A stretch of 64,000 nt of DNA, from assembly GCA_951406725.2 (NCBI GenBank), contig OX597817.1:94984001-95048000 (forward strand), read 5' to 3'. The notes below the pieces were generated by a model that made no database searches, was not told the origin of the DNA, and worked only from the letters and a program-made list of their open reading frames with translations. Of the stretch, positions 62,968 through 64,000 are shown in pieces. Position 1 is the stretch's first letter; every line of letters starts with the position of its first letter. The translations under genes were made by a program, and so were the position numbers. This stretch comes from Octopus vulgaris (Eukaryota).

Positions 62968-64000
62968 GGTCCCACTCCCGAACTATATGGCCGTTATATT
63001 GACGACTGTATCGGTGCCACCTCACTCTTCCACGAACATCTAGACTCCTTCCTCTCTTCTGTCAAATCTTTCCATCCTGCCCTCCACTTCTCCTGCACTA
63101 TCTCTGACACCTCTATCTCCTTTCTTGACATTTCGGTCAGCATTCATCACTCCACTCTTACCACCTCCATCCACTACAAACACACAGACTCACATTCATA
63201 CCTCAACTTCTCCTCCTCCCACCCCAAACACACCAAGCTTTCCATCCCCTGTTCCCAATTCCTCCGCCTACGCAGGCTCTGTAGTGACGACCATGACTTT
63301 GAGACTCAGTCTCAACAAATGGCTCGCCACTTCATCCTACGTGGATATCCCCTCACCACTATCCACACTGCCCTTGCCAGAGCACGTTCCGTAGACCGTG
63401 CATCTGCTCTTTCCCCACGAACCTGCCCTGCAGTCTCCCGCCGCCATTTTCCCCTCACCTACCACCCCACCACCCTACCTCTCCAACGTACCATTCTCCG
63501 AGCTTTCCAGCATCTCCAGTCCGACCCGTCCACTTCACACATCTTCCCTAACCGACCCCTCCCCTCGGTCTCACGCCATTTCCGCTATACCGGTCACTCT
63601 TTGCAACACCTGTTCCTGTTCGGATTGTCCTTGCCATCCTGACTCCCATTTGCGCCGTGAACAGGGATTAATCTTCTCTCTTCGCTCCTTTACGCCATTT
63701 GGGCTCAACTCTCCTCTCCTCTTCATCTAACCTCCTCCCCTTGCTTCTCTCCCCCTCCCTCCTACTTCCTCTCACCCAACTCTCCTCTCTTGCCCCGACT
63801 TCTACTTCTCTTCACCCCTACTCTTTCTCTCTTCTCTCTTACTCTCTTTCTCTCTTCTCTCTTCTCTCTTCTCTCTTACTCTCTTTCTCTCTTCTCTCTT
63901 ACTCTCTTTCTCTCTTCTCTCTTCTCTCTTACTCTCTTTCCCTCTTTCTCTCTTCTCTCTTTACTCTCTTTCTCTCTTCTCTCTTATTCTTTCACCTTCT
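62968..64000 (+). mobile_element. Truncated, internally deleted copy of the Neptune-like element
   Basis: GPTPELYGRYIDD... closely matches 56281 onward, then jumps from NRPLPS (56880) to VSRHF (57195). (CTCTT)n tail at the window end. Confidence 0.9.

Overview
This is eukaryotic, repeat-saturated DNA with no confidently identifiable host gene. The SINE types (resembling the OK and OR1/OR2 families) and the dense microsatellites suggest an Octopus/coleoid cephalopod genome (inference). The window is a mosaic of transposable elements. Retroelements: a near full-length but frameshifted Tx1-clade LINE sitting in (TC)n, with sister 3' fragments in (ATT)n and (GATA)n; a ~9 kb chain of Dong/R4-type RLE LINE pieces separated by (TAA)n; Penelope-like elements (Neptune- and Naiad-like) bounded by (TA)n; a non-autonomous LTR element with a tRNA-Trp PBS; a solo LTR; a CR1 remnant; and tRNA-derived SINEs. 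DNA transposons: hAT, pogo, Tigger, Merlin and piggyBac-type remnants. Two things stand out. First, the retroelement families appear to partition the microsatellite types as insertion niches, including apparent target switching among sister Tx1 families. Second, there is a diverse set of hammerhead ribozyme candidates, including a U3-A8 covariant core and a possibly permuted motif. Most short ORFs in the supplied track are microsatellite artefacts. All family assignments come from motif recognition by eye, not from database searches.
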